NCBI GenBank assembly: GCA_963813025.1
Contig: CAWEXO010000011.1
Location: forward strand, 608,001-672,000
Reading direction: 5' to 3'
DNA length: 64,000 bases
Origin: an uncultured Verrucomicrobiae bacterium
GTDB lineage: Bacteria; Verrucomicrobiota; Verrucomicrobiia; Chthoniobacterales; JAFAMB01
The notes below the pieces were generated by a model. It was given only the letters and a program-made list of their open reading frames with translations, was not told the origin of the DNA and did no database searches. The position numbers were made by a program, and so were the translations under genes. This document shows positions 51,951-61,881 of the stretch, piece after piece; the first letter of the stretch is position 1, and the number at the start of each line of letters is the position of its first letter.

Positions 51951-53585
51951 ATGAAACGTGTTTTGCTAGCGGGACTGGCTGGTTTGCTTATCGCGGCTGC
52001 CGCAGCGGTCCTTTTCTGGCAATCCCGGCAAATACCTGTTCCGGGAACCCGGCTTGCTCCGGGCGACTCAGTTCTCTTCTTTGAGATCCCGGATGTGGAA
52101 ACCAGCCGGAAACGTTGGGATGGCACCGCACTGGCCCAGCTTTTGAAAGAGCCTTCCGTCGAGAAGTTTTTGTCACGTCCGTTGAATCGGGTTTTGCGAG
52201 ATTATCGCGGTACTCGTCAAGCCCTTGACCGGCTTCGCCCGAATTCCCTTTTTATTTGCGACACCGGCGGAAATGACAAAAGCTGGATGCTCGGGTTGCA
52301 ATGCCTTTCCGATCTCAAGGAATGGCGTCGGAATGTTGAAGCGGTCATTGAAAACACTTATGGATGCCGTCTTCGCGAACTCTCGGCGGGGGATCAGAGC
52401 ATCCCGGGGCCAGCGGACCCTTCGCCGATTGTCTATGCGCATCGAATCGGAAACTGGTTACTCTTCGGGCGGGATCCGGATATGATCAGAGAGGCGGCCA
52501 AACGATTTTCCCGGAAGCGGGCGGGACTCGAAGAATCCTCTCTCTTTCAGCAATGCTCCGTGCGCTTGCCCGAAAAAAAGGACTTTCTCACTTTTTTTCG
52601 GGGCGCCGCCTTATCTCCGGATCGTCTGCCGTGGAGAATTCCCAGAGATGTCGAAAACGTGCTCGCGGTGATGGGGGCGACGACCATCGACGGGGCTCGC
52701 CTCCGCGATACGGTCTTTACCCTGGAAAAAAGGCCCGGTACTCGCCCTCCCTTGAAAAGTGACACGTACTCCGTAGCCGGCGCAGACGCCTTGTTTCTCG
52801 GCGCTTTTCAGCTCGATCTGCTTCATCTGCGGGATTTGGCAACAGAGCTCTCGGACAGGTTTGCAATTGCCGAGACCGCGAAGGGCTATTTTGATAAGAT
52901 CAAGGCAGCGGGCATCGATCTTTCCGAACTAAGTGGTCTGGTTCCGGAGGTGGAGTTCGTTCTCGATCGAGACCCAAACAAGGACACCCTTTCGTTGCTC
53001 TTCACCGCTGTGGTACGTGATTCTCCGAGGTTTGCTTCTCTCGCTGAGCGGCTTCTGGCGTCGGAGTTTCCCGGGCAGTATTCGCGCCGGGAGGTTGGCG
53101 GTATTTCGGCCTACATTTTGCGCATCAACGACAGTACTTCGCTCGTGTTCGGTATCTTTGCCGACCGCCTGTACGTCGCGACGGACGAACAACATCTCGC
53201 CGAAACGCTTCGGCGCGCACGAGGTCAGGGGGCGCTACTGACGAGCAACAACGACTTTCAGGCAACGCGGCAGCTGGTTTCGCCGGCGACCGATGTTTTT
53301 ATCTACGCCAATGGCCAGGATTTGTTCGATCGGGTCTATCCCGTTGCTCGTCCGATGTTCATGCTCAGCTGCGTGCTCGTTCCGAATCTCAATGAATACG
53401 TCGATGCAAACGCTTTGCCAGACTCCGCGGAAGTGAGCCGGCATCTCAGTCCAATTGTTTTTTCGCGGCACCGCGTTTCGAATGGGGTGGTGGACGAATC
53501 TGTCGGACCGATCACCGGCTATCAAGCATCGATCGTTGGTCTTAGCGTCAGTTATGCCGTCGGCCTGTTTAACCCGGAGAGCTAG
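51951..53585 (+). CDS. Hypothetical exported or membrane-anchored protein
   Basis: 544 aa ORF with N-terminal signal/TM; possibly DUF3352-like (unverified). Confidence 0.7.
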   Translation: MKRVLLAGLAGLLIAAAAAVLFWQSRQIPVPGTRLAPGDSVLFFEIPDVETSRKRWDGTALAQLLKEPSVEKFLSRPLNRVLRDYRGTRQALDRLRPNSLFICDTGGNDKSWMLGLQCLSDLKEWRRNVEAVIENTYGCRLRELSAGDQSIPGPADPSPIVYAHRIGNWLLFGRDPDMIREAAKRFSRKRAGLEESSLFQQCSVRLPEKKDFLTFFRGAALSPDRLPWRIPRDVENVLAVMGATTIDGARLRDTVFTLEKRPGTRPPLKSDTYSVAGADALFLGAFQLDLLHLRDLATELSDRFAIAETAKGYFDKIKAAGIDLSELSGLVPEVEFVLDRDPNKDTLSLLFTAVVRDSPRFASLAERLLASEFPGQYSRREVGGISAYILRINDSTSLVFGIFADRLYVATDEQHLAETLRRARGQGALLTSNNDFQATRQLVSPATDVFIYANGQDLFDRVYPVARPMFMLSCVLVPNLNEYVDANALPDSAEVSRHLSPIVFSRHRVSNGVVDESVGPITGYQASIVGLSVSYAVGLFNPES

Positions 53586-53730
53586 TCAGAGCGGCGGGAG
53601 CGGCGGGAGCGGGTTCAGCGGAGGGGAGGGAACTGCGCTGTTGAGCAGTTCGCAGTTGTGAGGATTGCGGTCCCCCCCAAAGACCCGGACCTCTTTTCGA
53701 ACACGGGCCGCCCAGCTTTCCAGTTCCTCA

Positions 53731-53903
53731 GTTCTCGCGCTACGTCCCTCCACTGAAGCCGCTCCCTCTGCGACATTGAAGAACACGAAGGGATATTAAG
53801 GCCGAAGACCTTGTCTAGTTAGTGGAACCAGAGTACGCAGGGTTGATGCATCCCACCGCTGCTCAATGCAGGCCGGCACCGAGACGTTGATTGCCGTGAC
53901 AGC
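53731..53903 (+). ncRNA. Candidate 6S RNA
   Basis: About 173 nt with nested pairings (acgtc/gacgt, gccg/cggc, gggat/atccc) and GCATCCCACC followed by a CTGC-TCAAT-GCAG hairpin; strand not certain. Confidence 0.4.
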
Positions 53904-54790
53904 TATAGCACTCTACGTTTTTTGAGCATCAGCACAAACGCTCGCGAGGCCGAGCTTCGGACTTTGTTGCGTTTCTGCAGAATTCCGATCGGCCGCCACA
54001 TGTCAACCGACTCAATCTCAATTGGCACTAAAGTTCCTAGCTTATGCTCCTTTTCAATCGTTGTCAGTGGAACGATCGAAACGCCATGCTCGATCTCCAC
54101 GGCCCGCTTTACCGTCTCGATGTTGTCGAATTCCATCGTCCGGCGAATCGCGACGTGATTGATCCGGAAAATCCGGTCGATCGCCTTCCGGGTCGGCTGA
54201 TCGAACGCAAATGAGATAAACGGTTGACCTTCCAGAGCGCTGATGGAAGCGCTTCTTCGACTGGCGAGAGGATGGCTGGGCGGGCAGATCAAGACTAACT
54301 TATCTTTCCAGTAACTCTCGACTGCGATACCGCGTCGCCGGGTAGGAAAGGCGACCAGGCCGAGGTCCGCGGAACCATCGCTGACTTTTTGATAAACCTG
54401 CGACGCCCGTAAATACTCAACCGTCACCTCAACGGCGGGGAACTCTCGCCGGAACAGCTTCAGGTTTCGCGGTAGTTCATGGAGCCCGATACTGAAGACA
54501 GTCGCGATTTTCAGAGTGCCGGCTACCGTGTGCTGCAACTGCTGCAGCTTTTCTCCAAGGCTATCATAAGCTTGCAGAATCTCCTTACTGGCTTGAAGAA
54601 AGGCCCGGCCCTCGCTTGTGACGGAAAAGTTCTTCTTGCCTCGCTCGATCAAAGCCACTTCGAATTTCCGCTCAAGAGCACGGATCTGCTGACTAACGGC
54701 GCTCTGGGTAATAGAGTTTAATTCTGCAGTTTTGGAGAAGCTGGCCGTTTCCACGAGGTCGCAAAATATTTTGAAATTCTCGATCTGCAT
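53903..54790 (-). CDS. LysR family transcriptional regulator
   Basis: SFSKTAELNSITQSAVSQQIRALE, EFDNIETVKRAVE. Confidence 0.93.
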   Translation of the reverse strand: MQIENFKIFCDLVETASFSKTAELNSITQSAVSQQIRALERKFEVALIERGKKNFSVTSEGRAFLQASKEILQAYDSLGEKLQQLQHTVAGTLKIATVFSIGLHELPRNLKLFRREFPAVEVTVEYLRASQVYQKVSDGSADLGLVAFPTRRRGIAVESYWKDKLVLICPPSHPLASRRSASISALEGQPFISFAFDQPTRKAIDRIFRINHVAIRRTMEFDNIETVKRAVEIEHGVSIVPLTTIEKEHKLGTLVPIEIESVDMWRPIGILQKRNKVRSSASRAFVLMLKKRRVL

Positions 54791-54880
54791 CTAACAGGGA
54801 CACGCCTCAGGGCCCACGAGTTATCGCATATCTAACTTGATCCCAAAAGAGCGAGCAACGCGGAAAACTGGGCCGTGTGC

Positions 54881-55260
54881 CGGTAAGGGCAAAAATTTTC
54901 ATTCGAGCCGGACGATGGAGTTGTCATAGCCAAGACGGCTCAAACAAGTTCTCGCTGACGCTCGAATGAATTTTCGCCCTACCGAAGCAGGTCAAGACCA
55001 TGGTGCGAGACAATCTCTTTATCTGGGCCGCTTTCGGAGTGGCATCAAGGAGGAGGAGCGGTAGGGATGAGCTTCCGACTGCGGACAAGCCTTCGTCGCG
55101 GCACGGATATGGAACGGCACAAAACGCCTGACCGGAGGGCCCGCCGTAGCCTCGCGGAGACGGTCTGCTCGTCCAAGTCGAGAGGTGGCCCGCGCTGCCG
55201 AATAAGCGGGAGCTTGCCCCTGCCAACGTGCGGTTGCGAGACAGTCTCTTTATCCGAGAT
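54881..55260. repeat. Composite REP/MITE-like repeat, copy 3
   Basis: GACGGCTCAAACAAGTTCTCGCTGACGCTCGAATGAATTTTCGCCCTACCG is near-identical to the reverse complement of 44144-44194; 55004-55140 matches 32034-32081 plus 31828-31910. Confidence 0.85.
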
Positions 55261-55341
55261 GCGCGGTCGGTCGGGCAAGAGCAAAGGCTGACGCGTCCGG
55301 GACTGGCGCTTCCCAGGACGTTACCGTTAAACTGACACATC

Positions 55342-56046
55342 ATGGAAACTGTGATCGCCAATAATTTGGAGCGGGTACGGTTAAAAGTTAGTGAGGCGGC
55401 GGAGGCGTCTGGACGGCCGGCTGATTCTGTGGCGATTATCGCAGTGAGCAAAACGCATCCAATCGAAACTATCGCGGAGGCGGTTAATGCTGGGCAACTC
55501 CTGTTCGGCGAAAATAAAGTTCAGGAAGGCCGCGCCAAGATCGCGCTATTACCGGGAAAGCTGCATTGGCATCTCATCGGCCACCTGCAAAGCAACAAGG
55601 TGCGCCTGGCTCTATCTCTTTTTGAAGTGCTTCACGGCATCGATTCGGTTGATCTTCTGCAAGATGTTGCGCGCATCGGCGCTGAGCTCGGGACGTATCC
55701 GAAAGTGCTCCTGCAGGTAAATGTAGCCGGGGAATCGTCCAAGTTCGGCTTCACACCTGAGGCGCTTGTTCGCCAGATTGAGGTGGTCGCCGCAACCGAT
55801 CGCGTACAGATCGATGGGCTGATGACCATTCCGCCGTTGAGCCCGCTGCCTGAGCAGGTCCGGCCCTATTTCCGGCAGCTTCGTGAGCTGCGTGATCGGA
55901 TCCAGGATGAGTTCCGCCTGCCTTTGCCCCATCTCTCAATGGGAATGAGCAACGACTACCATGTCGCGATTGAAGAGGGCGCCACCATGGTGCGGATCGG
56001 AACGGCAATCTTTGGCGCCCGCCGAGCAAAGCGACGGGATGATTGA
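55342..56046 (+). CDS. yggS: PLP homeostasis protein (YggS/PLPBP)
   Basis: IAVSKT, FGENKVQE, WHLIGHLQSNK, LSMGMSND, VRIGTAIFG. Confidence 0.95.
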   Translation: METVIANNLERVRLKVSEAAEASGRPADSVAIIAVSKTHPIETIAEAVNAGQLLFGENKVQEGRAKIALLPGKLHWHLIGHLQSNKVRLALSLFEVLHGIDSVDLLQDVARIGAELGTYPKVLLQVNVAGESSKFGFTPEALVRQIEVVAATDRVQIDGLMTIPPLSPLPEQVRPYFRQLRELRDRIQDEFRLPLPHLSMGMSNDYHVAIEEGATMVRIGTAIFGARRAKRRDD

Positions 56047-56063
56047 GCTCGGGACCCAAAACC

Positions 56064-57161
56064 TCACCGGGAAAGCGCCTCCGCTGAAGCCGACTGTTCC
56101 GGCCGCCGAAGGCCGAGAACCTGTAACGTGAGATGTTCGAGCGGAAGGGGACAATACTGAAAACCCTGGATCAATGCATCGCCGAGAAGCCGGTGAAGCA
56201 TGGCGTGCTTTGCGAGTTGGTTGACCCAGAGCCGGCCGCGATAGACGCGCGCCAATCCTCGACGAAAGCAAGTATCTGCGAGCGAACCTCCTGAGTGTTC
56301 TTCGACGATTGCGCCGGCGGCGAGCCGGCCGGTGTTGAGAGCGTAAAAAATGCCTTCCCCAGTGAACGGTTCGACAACGTGTCCGGCATCTCCGACATAG
56401 AAAAGTCGAGGCATCCTCGAACGAATCGGCGCGCGCGAGAGGGGGGCTACCGAAAGCCAGGCGTGGTCTTTCGCCAGGTTGAAATTGTGTTGAGCCCAAC
56501 TTCGGGCTTCCGCGACCTTCGCAGGCCGACAGACCAGACAGAGATTCATCGTTTCCTCAGAGACCATGGCTCGTCCCAAATAACCGAACGAATGAAGCTC
56601 AAGACCGATCTCTGGTTCCGCTTGCCAATTGAAGTGCGTTTGCAGCGCCACGCGATCGCGCCGGCTTCGTGGGGCATGACCAAGCAGGCGCGCAACGCTC
56701 GAGTTTCGTCCGTCTGCGGCGATCAGGTATTTCGCTTGTACGCGGCTCTTCCTGGTCGCGATTTCCCACTGCGGCTGAACCGTGGTCACTGGTTCGCCCG
56801 CCCACAGTTCGGCACCGAGCTCCAGAGCGCGATTCAGGAGCACTTGGTCCAAATCGCTCCGGCGGACGGCGATCTCGCCGCATTCAGCCGCCGGGATATT
56901 AACCCGGCGCACGGAACCATTTGAGCCGGCAAAGTCTACCCAACGCGGCCGCGAATGCGGCAATCTCCGCACCGCTTCGTCTACGGCCAACTCTCGAAAA
57001 ACTTCCCAGCAACCCGGGTTCACGCAGTCACCGCAAACCTTATCGCGAGGGAAATGCGCCCGTTCGATGATCAGCGTAGCGAACCCAGCCTGGGCGACGA
57101 GTGCGGCCGCGGTTGCCCCGGCTGGACCAGCTCCAACGACCACGACATCATAGTGCGTCAT
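56064..57161 (-). CDS. FAD-dependent oxidoreductase, geranylgeranyl-reductase family
   Basis: GAGPAG, FPRDKVCGD, AADGRNS, VGDAG..EPFTGEGI. Confidence 0.85.
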   Translation of the reverse strand: MTHYDVVVVGAGPAGATAAALVAQAGFATLIIERAHFPRDKVCGDCVNPGCWEVFRELAVDEAVRRLPHSRPRWVDFAGSNGSVRRVNIPAAECGEIAVRRSDLDQVLLNRALELGAELWAGEPVTTVQPQWEIATRKSRVQAKYLIAADGRNSSVARLLGHAPRSRRDRVALQTHFNWQAEPEIGLELHSFGYLGRAMVSEETMNLCLVCRPAKVAEARSWAQHNFNLAKDHAWLSVAPLSRAPIRSRMPRLFYVGDAGHVVEPFTGEGIFYALNTGRLAAGAIVEEHSGGSLADTCFRRGLARVYRGRLWVNQLAKHAMLHRLLGDALIQGFQYCPLPLEHLTLQVLGLRRPEQSASAEALSR

Positions 57162-58303
57162 ACGAAAAGTTCGGCTATAGAGTCCGCAACCATCCGGCCT
57201 TTTGATGTCAGAACGATGCGGTTATCGAGAAATCGCAAATAGCCCTGTTCGTGCAGGCGCTGCAGATCACCTTGCCACTCCGTGACATCCAATCGCAACA
57301 CCCCGCGGTCGGTCCGCAGGCCGAAAGCGAGCTTCTCGGAACGCCGGACTGACGGCGGGAGAGTCTCGCTCGCGAGGATGGCATTACCCGACGCGACGAT
57401 CCGGTCGACGTAAGCTGCCGTGTCCGCCACATTCTGCCATCGGCGAGATCCGACCGTCGACCAGGCGCTCGGTCCGAGGCCGAGATAGTCCTTTCCTTGC
57501 CAATAGGCGAGGTTGTGCTGGCACTCGCGCCCGGGTCGGGCGTAGTTCGAGATCTCATACTGCGCGTAGCCGGCATCTCCTAAAACGTCCATCGTCTGCG
57601 CAAACAGGTCCGTCTCGATTTGTTCGTTCTTTACCAGCTCGCCGCGATTCAGCTTAAGGAAAAACTCGGTATCCTCCTCGTAAGTAAGACAGTAAGCCGA
57701 AATGTGTTCGGGCGAGAGACTGATGGCCTGGTGCAAGGTGGCTGCCCAGGCCGCAGATGTCTGGCCGGGTATACCAAAAATGAAATCCAGATTGATATTG
57801 GTGAAACCTGCTTGCCTCAGGATCTGGTAGGAACGGACTGCTTGTTCGGCCGAGTGAACCCGTCCCAGCTTGCTTAGCAGTACCGGGTCAAAAGACTGTA
57901 CGCCCATACTGATCCGGTTCACGCCAAGCTTTCGGAGAAGCTGTGCCTTTTCCAGCGAAACGGTGGCCGGATTCATCTCCAGCGTCCATTCCGAAAGGAG
58001 GGAGAGATCGAGTTTATCTCGCATCTGGCCTAACAAAAATTCCAGTTGGCGAACGGTCAGTGCGGAAGGAGTGCCGCCGCCGAAGAAAATGGTCTGGCAA
58101 CGAAGACCGTCCGCACTGCGATAATCCAGCTCGGTCAGGACCGCGTTGAGAAAGCTCTGCGTCTTGTTTCGGTCCGACGCCTCCTTATAGAAACTGCAGT
58201 ACGGGCAGATCTTTGGGCAAAAGGGGATGTGGACGTAGAGATGATGCACGGGAGCGGGGTTCACGGACTTATAGTCGGAGCAAAAATTTAGAAGCTGGCT
58301 CAT
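57158..58303 (-). CDS. hemW: Radical SAM heme chaperone HemW
   Basis: HLYVHIPFCPKICPYCSF, FGGGTPS, YEISNYA, HNLAYW. Confidence 0.92.
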   Translation of the reverse strand: MSQLLNFCSDYKSVNPAPVHHLYVHIPFCPKICPYCSFYKEASDRNKTQSFLNAVLTELDYRSADGLRCQTIFFGGGTPSALTVRQLEFLLGQMRDKLDLSLLSEWTLEMNPATVSLEKAQLLRKLGVNRISMGVQSFDPVLLSKLGRVHSAEQAVRSYQILRQAGFTNINLDFIFGIPGQTSAAWAATLHQAISLSPEHISAYCLTYEEDTEFFLKLNRGELVKNEQIETDLFAQTMDVLGDAGYAQYEISNYARPGRECQHNLAYWQGKDYLGLGPSAWSTVGSRRWQNVADTAAYVDRIVASGNAILASETLPPSVRRSEKLAFGLRTDRGVLRLDVTEWQGDLQRLHEQGYLRFLDNRIVLTSKGRMVADSIAELFV

Positions 58304-58374
58304 CGTATTATTTCCGCAAAGCGAAGACGGATAGCGCGACAGTTTAGAGCTGGAGCAGGCCCGCTAACCAGCGA

Positions 58375-58439
58375 ACGGCAGGGCGAAAATTTATTCGAGT
58401 GCCAAGCGAGGACGCGTCAGATGAATTCTCGCCCTACCA
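58375..58439. repeat. Short REP-like doublet, copy 4
   Basis: GGCAGGGCGAAAATTTATTCGAG...ATGAATTCTCGCCCTACC. Confidence 0.75.
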
Positions 58440-58474
58440 ATCCACCTTGAACTCCGATTTAGCTTTGCTTAGGT

Positions 58475-59686
58475 TTGCGAGGATTTTTTCGTGTGCGCAG
58501 AGTCGCCATTATCTCCGTTTGTTCCATCCTGATCTGTAGCCCGTTCTGGCTATTAGCTCAATCCGGGCCTGCGCCCACGCCAAAAATAGACGGGTTGCCG
58601 GAGACAAGCCCTGCTCCGGCGTCGGCTGCCACCCCCGCCATTCCACCCGCTCCGACTTCGGTTTCGCTGCGATCCGTCGTCTATGAAGTGCAGGAAAGGG
58701 AGGCGATCCAGGATTTCAAGGCTTTCAGCCGCCCTGTTCGGCGGATGGTCGATGAACTGGTCACTACTTTGACTGGAGCTTATTCTCCGGCACAGGCGTG
58801 GGCTTTGCTTGTCAAGCCGAACGATGTGGTCGGTCTGAAGGTCTCGGCCAATGGCGCACCTCTCTTCAGTACCCGTCCGGAAGTGGTGCAGGCGATCGTT
58901 TCCGGTCTCGAAGAGGCTGGTGTGCCGCCGCATAACATCGTCGTTTGGGACCGGGACCGCGAGCTCCTGGCAGCGGCAGGTTTTTTCAATAAAGCCGGAG
59001 GGTATCGAGTGGAGTGGAGTGAAAGCAACTATGATCCCCAGGCCGTGCTGACTTCTGCCGTGGCGGGGCGGCTCATCTTTGGCGATTTACTCTTTGTCGG
59101 CAAACGAGCTCCGAACTTCAAAGCGGAAATGGAGGCTGACCCGACGGCCAAGCGGCCGCCGCGGAACCCTGATAACCTCAGCAACCAAAGTTTTATCAGC
59201 AAGGTGCTCACCCGCAGCGTAACCAAGGTTATCAACGTGCCGGTCCTCTCTGATCACATTTTCTGTGGCCTGGCGGGAGCGATGTACAACATGACGGTGC
59301 AGAACGTTGATAACTGGCGGCGATTAGTTGACGAGCAGGAAAGAGGCAATCCGGCGATCCCGGAGATGTATGCCGATCCGCGCATCAGCGGCAAGGTCGT
59401 ATTGACTATTATGGACGGCTTGGTCGCTCTGTATGCGGGAGGACCAAGTGGCGATCCGAACTACGCCGTCCATTTCGGTACGCTTTACGCCAGTAAAGAT
59501 CCGGTCGCGATTGATGCGATCGCTGTGAAACAGCTGGATCACTGGCGCTTACAGGCTAAGCTCGAGCCTGCCTCCAAGGACGCCAAGTATGTCGAGACTG
59601 GCTTCGATTACCAAATCGGAAACGCTGATCTCGGCAAGATCGAGCTCCGGCAGCTGCCATTGCAGTTAAGAACCGACGAACGATGA
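58475..59686 (+). CDS. DUF362 domain protein, exported (start uncertain)
   Basis: DVVGLKV, VINVPVLSDH, IMDGL..GGP, SKDPVAIDA. Confidence 0.75.
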   Translation: MRGFFRVRRVAIISVCSILICSPFWLLAQSGPAPTPKIDGLPETSPAPASAATPAIPPAPTSVSLRSVVYEVQEREAIQDFKAFSRPVRRMVDELVTTLTGAYSPAQAWALLVKPNDVVGLKVSANGAPLFSTRPEVVQAIVSGLEEAGVPPHNIVVWDRDRELLAAAGFFNKAGGYRVEWSESNYDPQAVLTSAVAGRLIFGDLLFVGKRAPNFKAEMEADPTAKRPPRNPDNLSNQSFISKVLTRSVTKVINVPVLSDHIFCGLAGAMYNMTVQNVDNWRRLVDEQERGNPAIPEMYADPRISGKVVLTIMDGLVALYAGGPSGDPNYAVHFGTLYASKDPVAIDAIAVKQLDHWRLQAKLEPASKDAKYVETGFDYQIGNADLGKIELRQLPLQLRTDER

Positions 59687-59690
59687 ACCG

Positions 59691-60683
59691 ATGACGGGTT
59701 TCCGGGAGAAGCAGCTCCTCACCCTGCTTCGGCGAACCTCGCGTTCGTTTTACCTGAGCGTTCGATTGTTGCCGCGGCAGATCAGGTCGACCATCGCGCT
59801 CGCCTATCTGATCGCGCGCGCCACCGATACGATCGCCGATGCAAGCCGAGTGGCTCCTCATGCACGTATCGGACTTCTGGCTGAACTAGTAAATGCCCTG
59901 GCGCAGCCGGCCTCGGTGGCGCCGCTCGCCGATTACGCCGGAGTAGCGCTGGAAGCGACCGGTGCCGAGCGTCAACTCCTGACTCAGATTCCGGGATTGA
60001 TCGAGCGCCTTCGGCGTTTGCCCGCGGAGCACCGCCGCCTAGTCCTGGCAGTAGTGCAAATCATCGTGCGCGGTCAATCTCTCGATATTGAGCGGTTTGA
60101 AATGATCCCTGGCCCAAACGCTTTCCGGAACAGCGGCGAACTCGACGAGTACACCTATCTCGTTGCGGGATCTGTTGGCGAGTTCTGGACCAAGCTTTGC
60201 TGTGAGGAATGGCCGCGGTACGCCCGAATTCCCCAGAAAGACCTCATTTGCCTTGGAATAGCTTTTGGCCAAGGGCTTCAGCTTATTAACGTGCTTCGGG
60301 ATCTACCGGTCGATCTGGGAAATGGCCGGTGCTATCTGCCGCTGGGCGAACCGCCGTTTTCCCTCGATTCAGAAAAGACCGGAGTCGAGTTCCGGAAGTG
60401 GCGCGAAATCGCTTTCGAAAAGCTAGGCCTAGGTTGGCGGTATGTAGAGTCGATCCGGCCTCGCCGGATCAAATTCGCCTGCGCTTTGCCGATCCTGATC
60501 GGGATTCGCACGCTGAGCATGCTGAAGTCCGCGGAAACTCTCCGTGCGGGCTTAAAGATCTCCCGGGACGAGGTCTATCGCTTAATGATCGTCTCCTTGC
60601 TGGTCGCGGCGGTTCCACCGCTCGCCGAGCCAATATTCCGTCGCGAGCGACGGCAGCGGGAGAGTTCGTTGGCCAATCAATGA
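59691..60683 (+). CDS. Squalene/phytoene synthase family protein
   Basis: TSRSFYLS, YLIARATDTIAD, YTYLVAGSVGEFW, GLQLINVLRD, GRCYLP. Confidence 0.88.
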   Translation: MTGFREKQLLTLLRRTSRSFYLSVRLLPRQIRSTIALAYLIARATDTIADASRVAPHARIGLLAELVNALAQPASVAPLADYAGVALEATGAERQLLTQIPGLIERLRRLPAEHRRLVLAVVQIIVRGQSLDIERFEMIPGPNAFRNSGELDEYTYLVAGSVGEFWTKLCCEEWPRYARIPQKDLICLGIAFGQGLQLINVLRDLPVDLGNGRCYLPLGEPPFSLDSEKTGVEFRKWREIAFEKLGLGWRYVESIRPRRIKFACALPILIGIRTLSMLKSAETLRAGLKISRDEVYRLMIVSLLVAAVPPLAEPIFRRERRQRESSLANQ

Positions 60684-60754
60684 AACTCTTCCAGAACGTT
60701 CTATTCCAAAGAAGCAGCAGAATTCCGGCGTAGCCGGGAATCCGCTGCCGACGG

Positions 60755-61876
60755 CTACTTGTTCTCTGCTGCCTGAAGCGCGTTTGCCGTAGTCAGAAAG
60801 TCCAGTGCGCGTTCCAGGACGACGTCTTTTAACTTCGGTTGCTGAGTCTTCGTCGTACCCTCTGCCTCGAGCACATCGAGTTCAGGGTTCTTTCCGGTAA
60901 CCAGAGCGGCTTCATTACTGTGCGGGCGCTCTTCCTCGGTGATGGAGGAAACGACGGAGCCGCTGTCTGTCGCGCGCAAGACGGCAGCTTCCTCGTCCAT
61001 CGGAACTTTAACGTCTATATCCGGGTGAACGCCGTCAGGAAAAAGCACCACGCCATTTGGCAATCGCACCGCCGCCACAGCGACATTGAGAAAAATAGCA
61101 GGTTGTACCGGGAACTTCTCATACTCCACCGCCCGCGCAGCCGTCTTTTCGCCAAGTAAGAGGGCATGACCTTCTGTTTTCAGAGCGCCAGCGATCGCTT
61201 CGGCCGGGCCGGCGGTATCAGGGCCGATCACCACGGCCAATAACCCGGTATAACTGGCATCGGTACTGCCGGAGAAACTGCGTTCGGTTGGACTGTTTTT
61301 CCCAATTAGCTGGAAAAAGGGTTTTCCCGATCCAAGAAAACGGCTCAGGACTTCCGCCGCCGCCGGATATTCATCGGTAAAATTGCTCGTTCGGAGATCG
61401 AGCACGACGCCGGCCACGTTGTGCGCCCGAAATTCGGAGATCGCGCTATCCACACGGGGCAATAGATCCTTGGAGAGAGTCCCCAGCCGAATGTAACCAA
61501 ACTGTCCATCGACGAGTTCGGCCTGGAAGGGTCGGGATGGACTGGTGGTCTGCTGATTTGGTCCTCTCTGCAGAAATGCACCTGGACCGATACGGGCGAG
61601 CAGGCCTTGCACCGTTGCCTGGGTAATCTCAGTACCCGTCAAAGCCTTTAGATCGACATAGTTAGTCCGAAGACGATCGATGATTGTGTCCAGCTCCTTC
61701 TGGTCGAGTTGATTGATGGCCGAGGTATCCCGGGGAGACGCGGTCGTGGTCGGAGAAGGAGCCGAGCTGCCCGTTGGCGGACTGGTAATCGCCCCGGCGC
61801 TGGTTAATGTCGCCATGCCCAGTTCGAGCAACGACCCCGCGAAGAGAAAAGACAAACAGCTAAAGATTCGGCGCAT
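60755..61876 (-). CDS. S41 (tail-specific protease) family protein with degenerate catalytic residues
   Basis: GYIRL, VLDLR, GVHPDI and DVVLERAL present; TAGPAE and GEKTAAR replace the TAS.SE and G..TFGK motifs. Confidence 0.8.
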   Translation of the reverse strand: MRRIFSCLSFLFAGSLLELGMATLTSAGAITSPPTGSSAPSPTTTASPRDTSAINQLDQKELDTIIDRLRTNYVDLKALTGTEITQATVQGLLARIGPGAFLQRGPNQQTTSPSRPFQAELVDGQFGYIRLGTLSKDLLPRVDSAISEFRAHNVAGVVLDLRTSNFTDEYPAAAEVLSRFLGSGKPFFQLIGKNSPTERSFSGSTDASYTGLLAVVIGPDTAGPAEAIAGALKTEGHALLLGEKTAARAVEYEKFPVQPAIFLNVAVAAVRLPNGVVLFPDGVHPDIDVKVPMDEEAAVLRATDSGSVVSSITEEERPHSNEAALVTGKNPELDVLEAEGTTKTQQPKLKDVVLERALDFLTTANALQAAENK

Positions 61877-61881
61877 CACAG

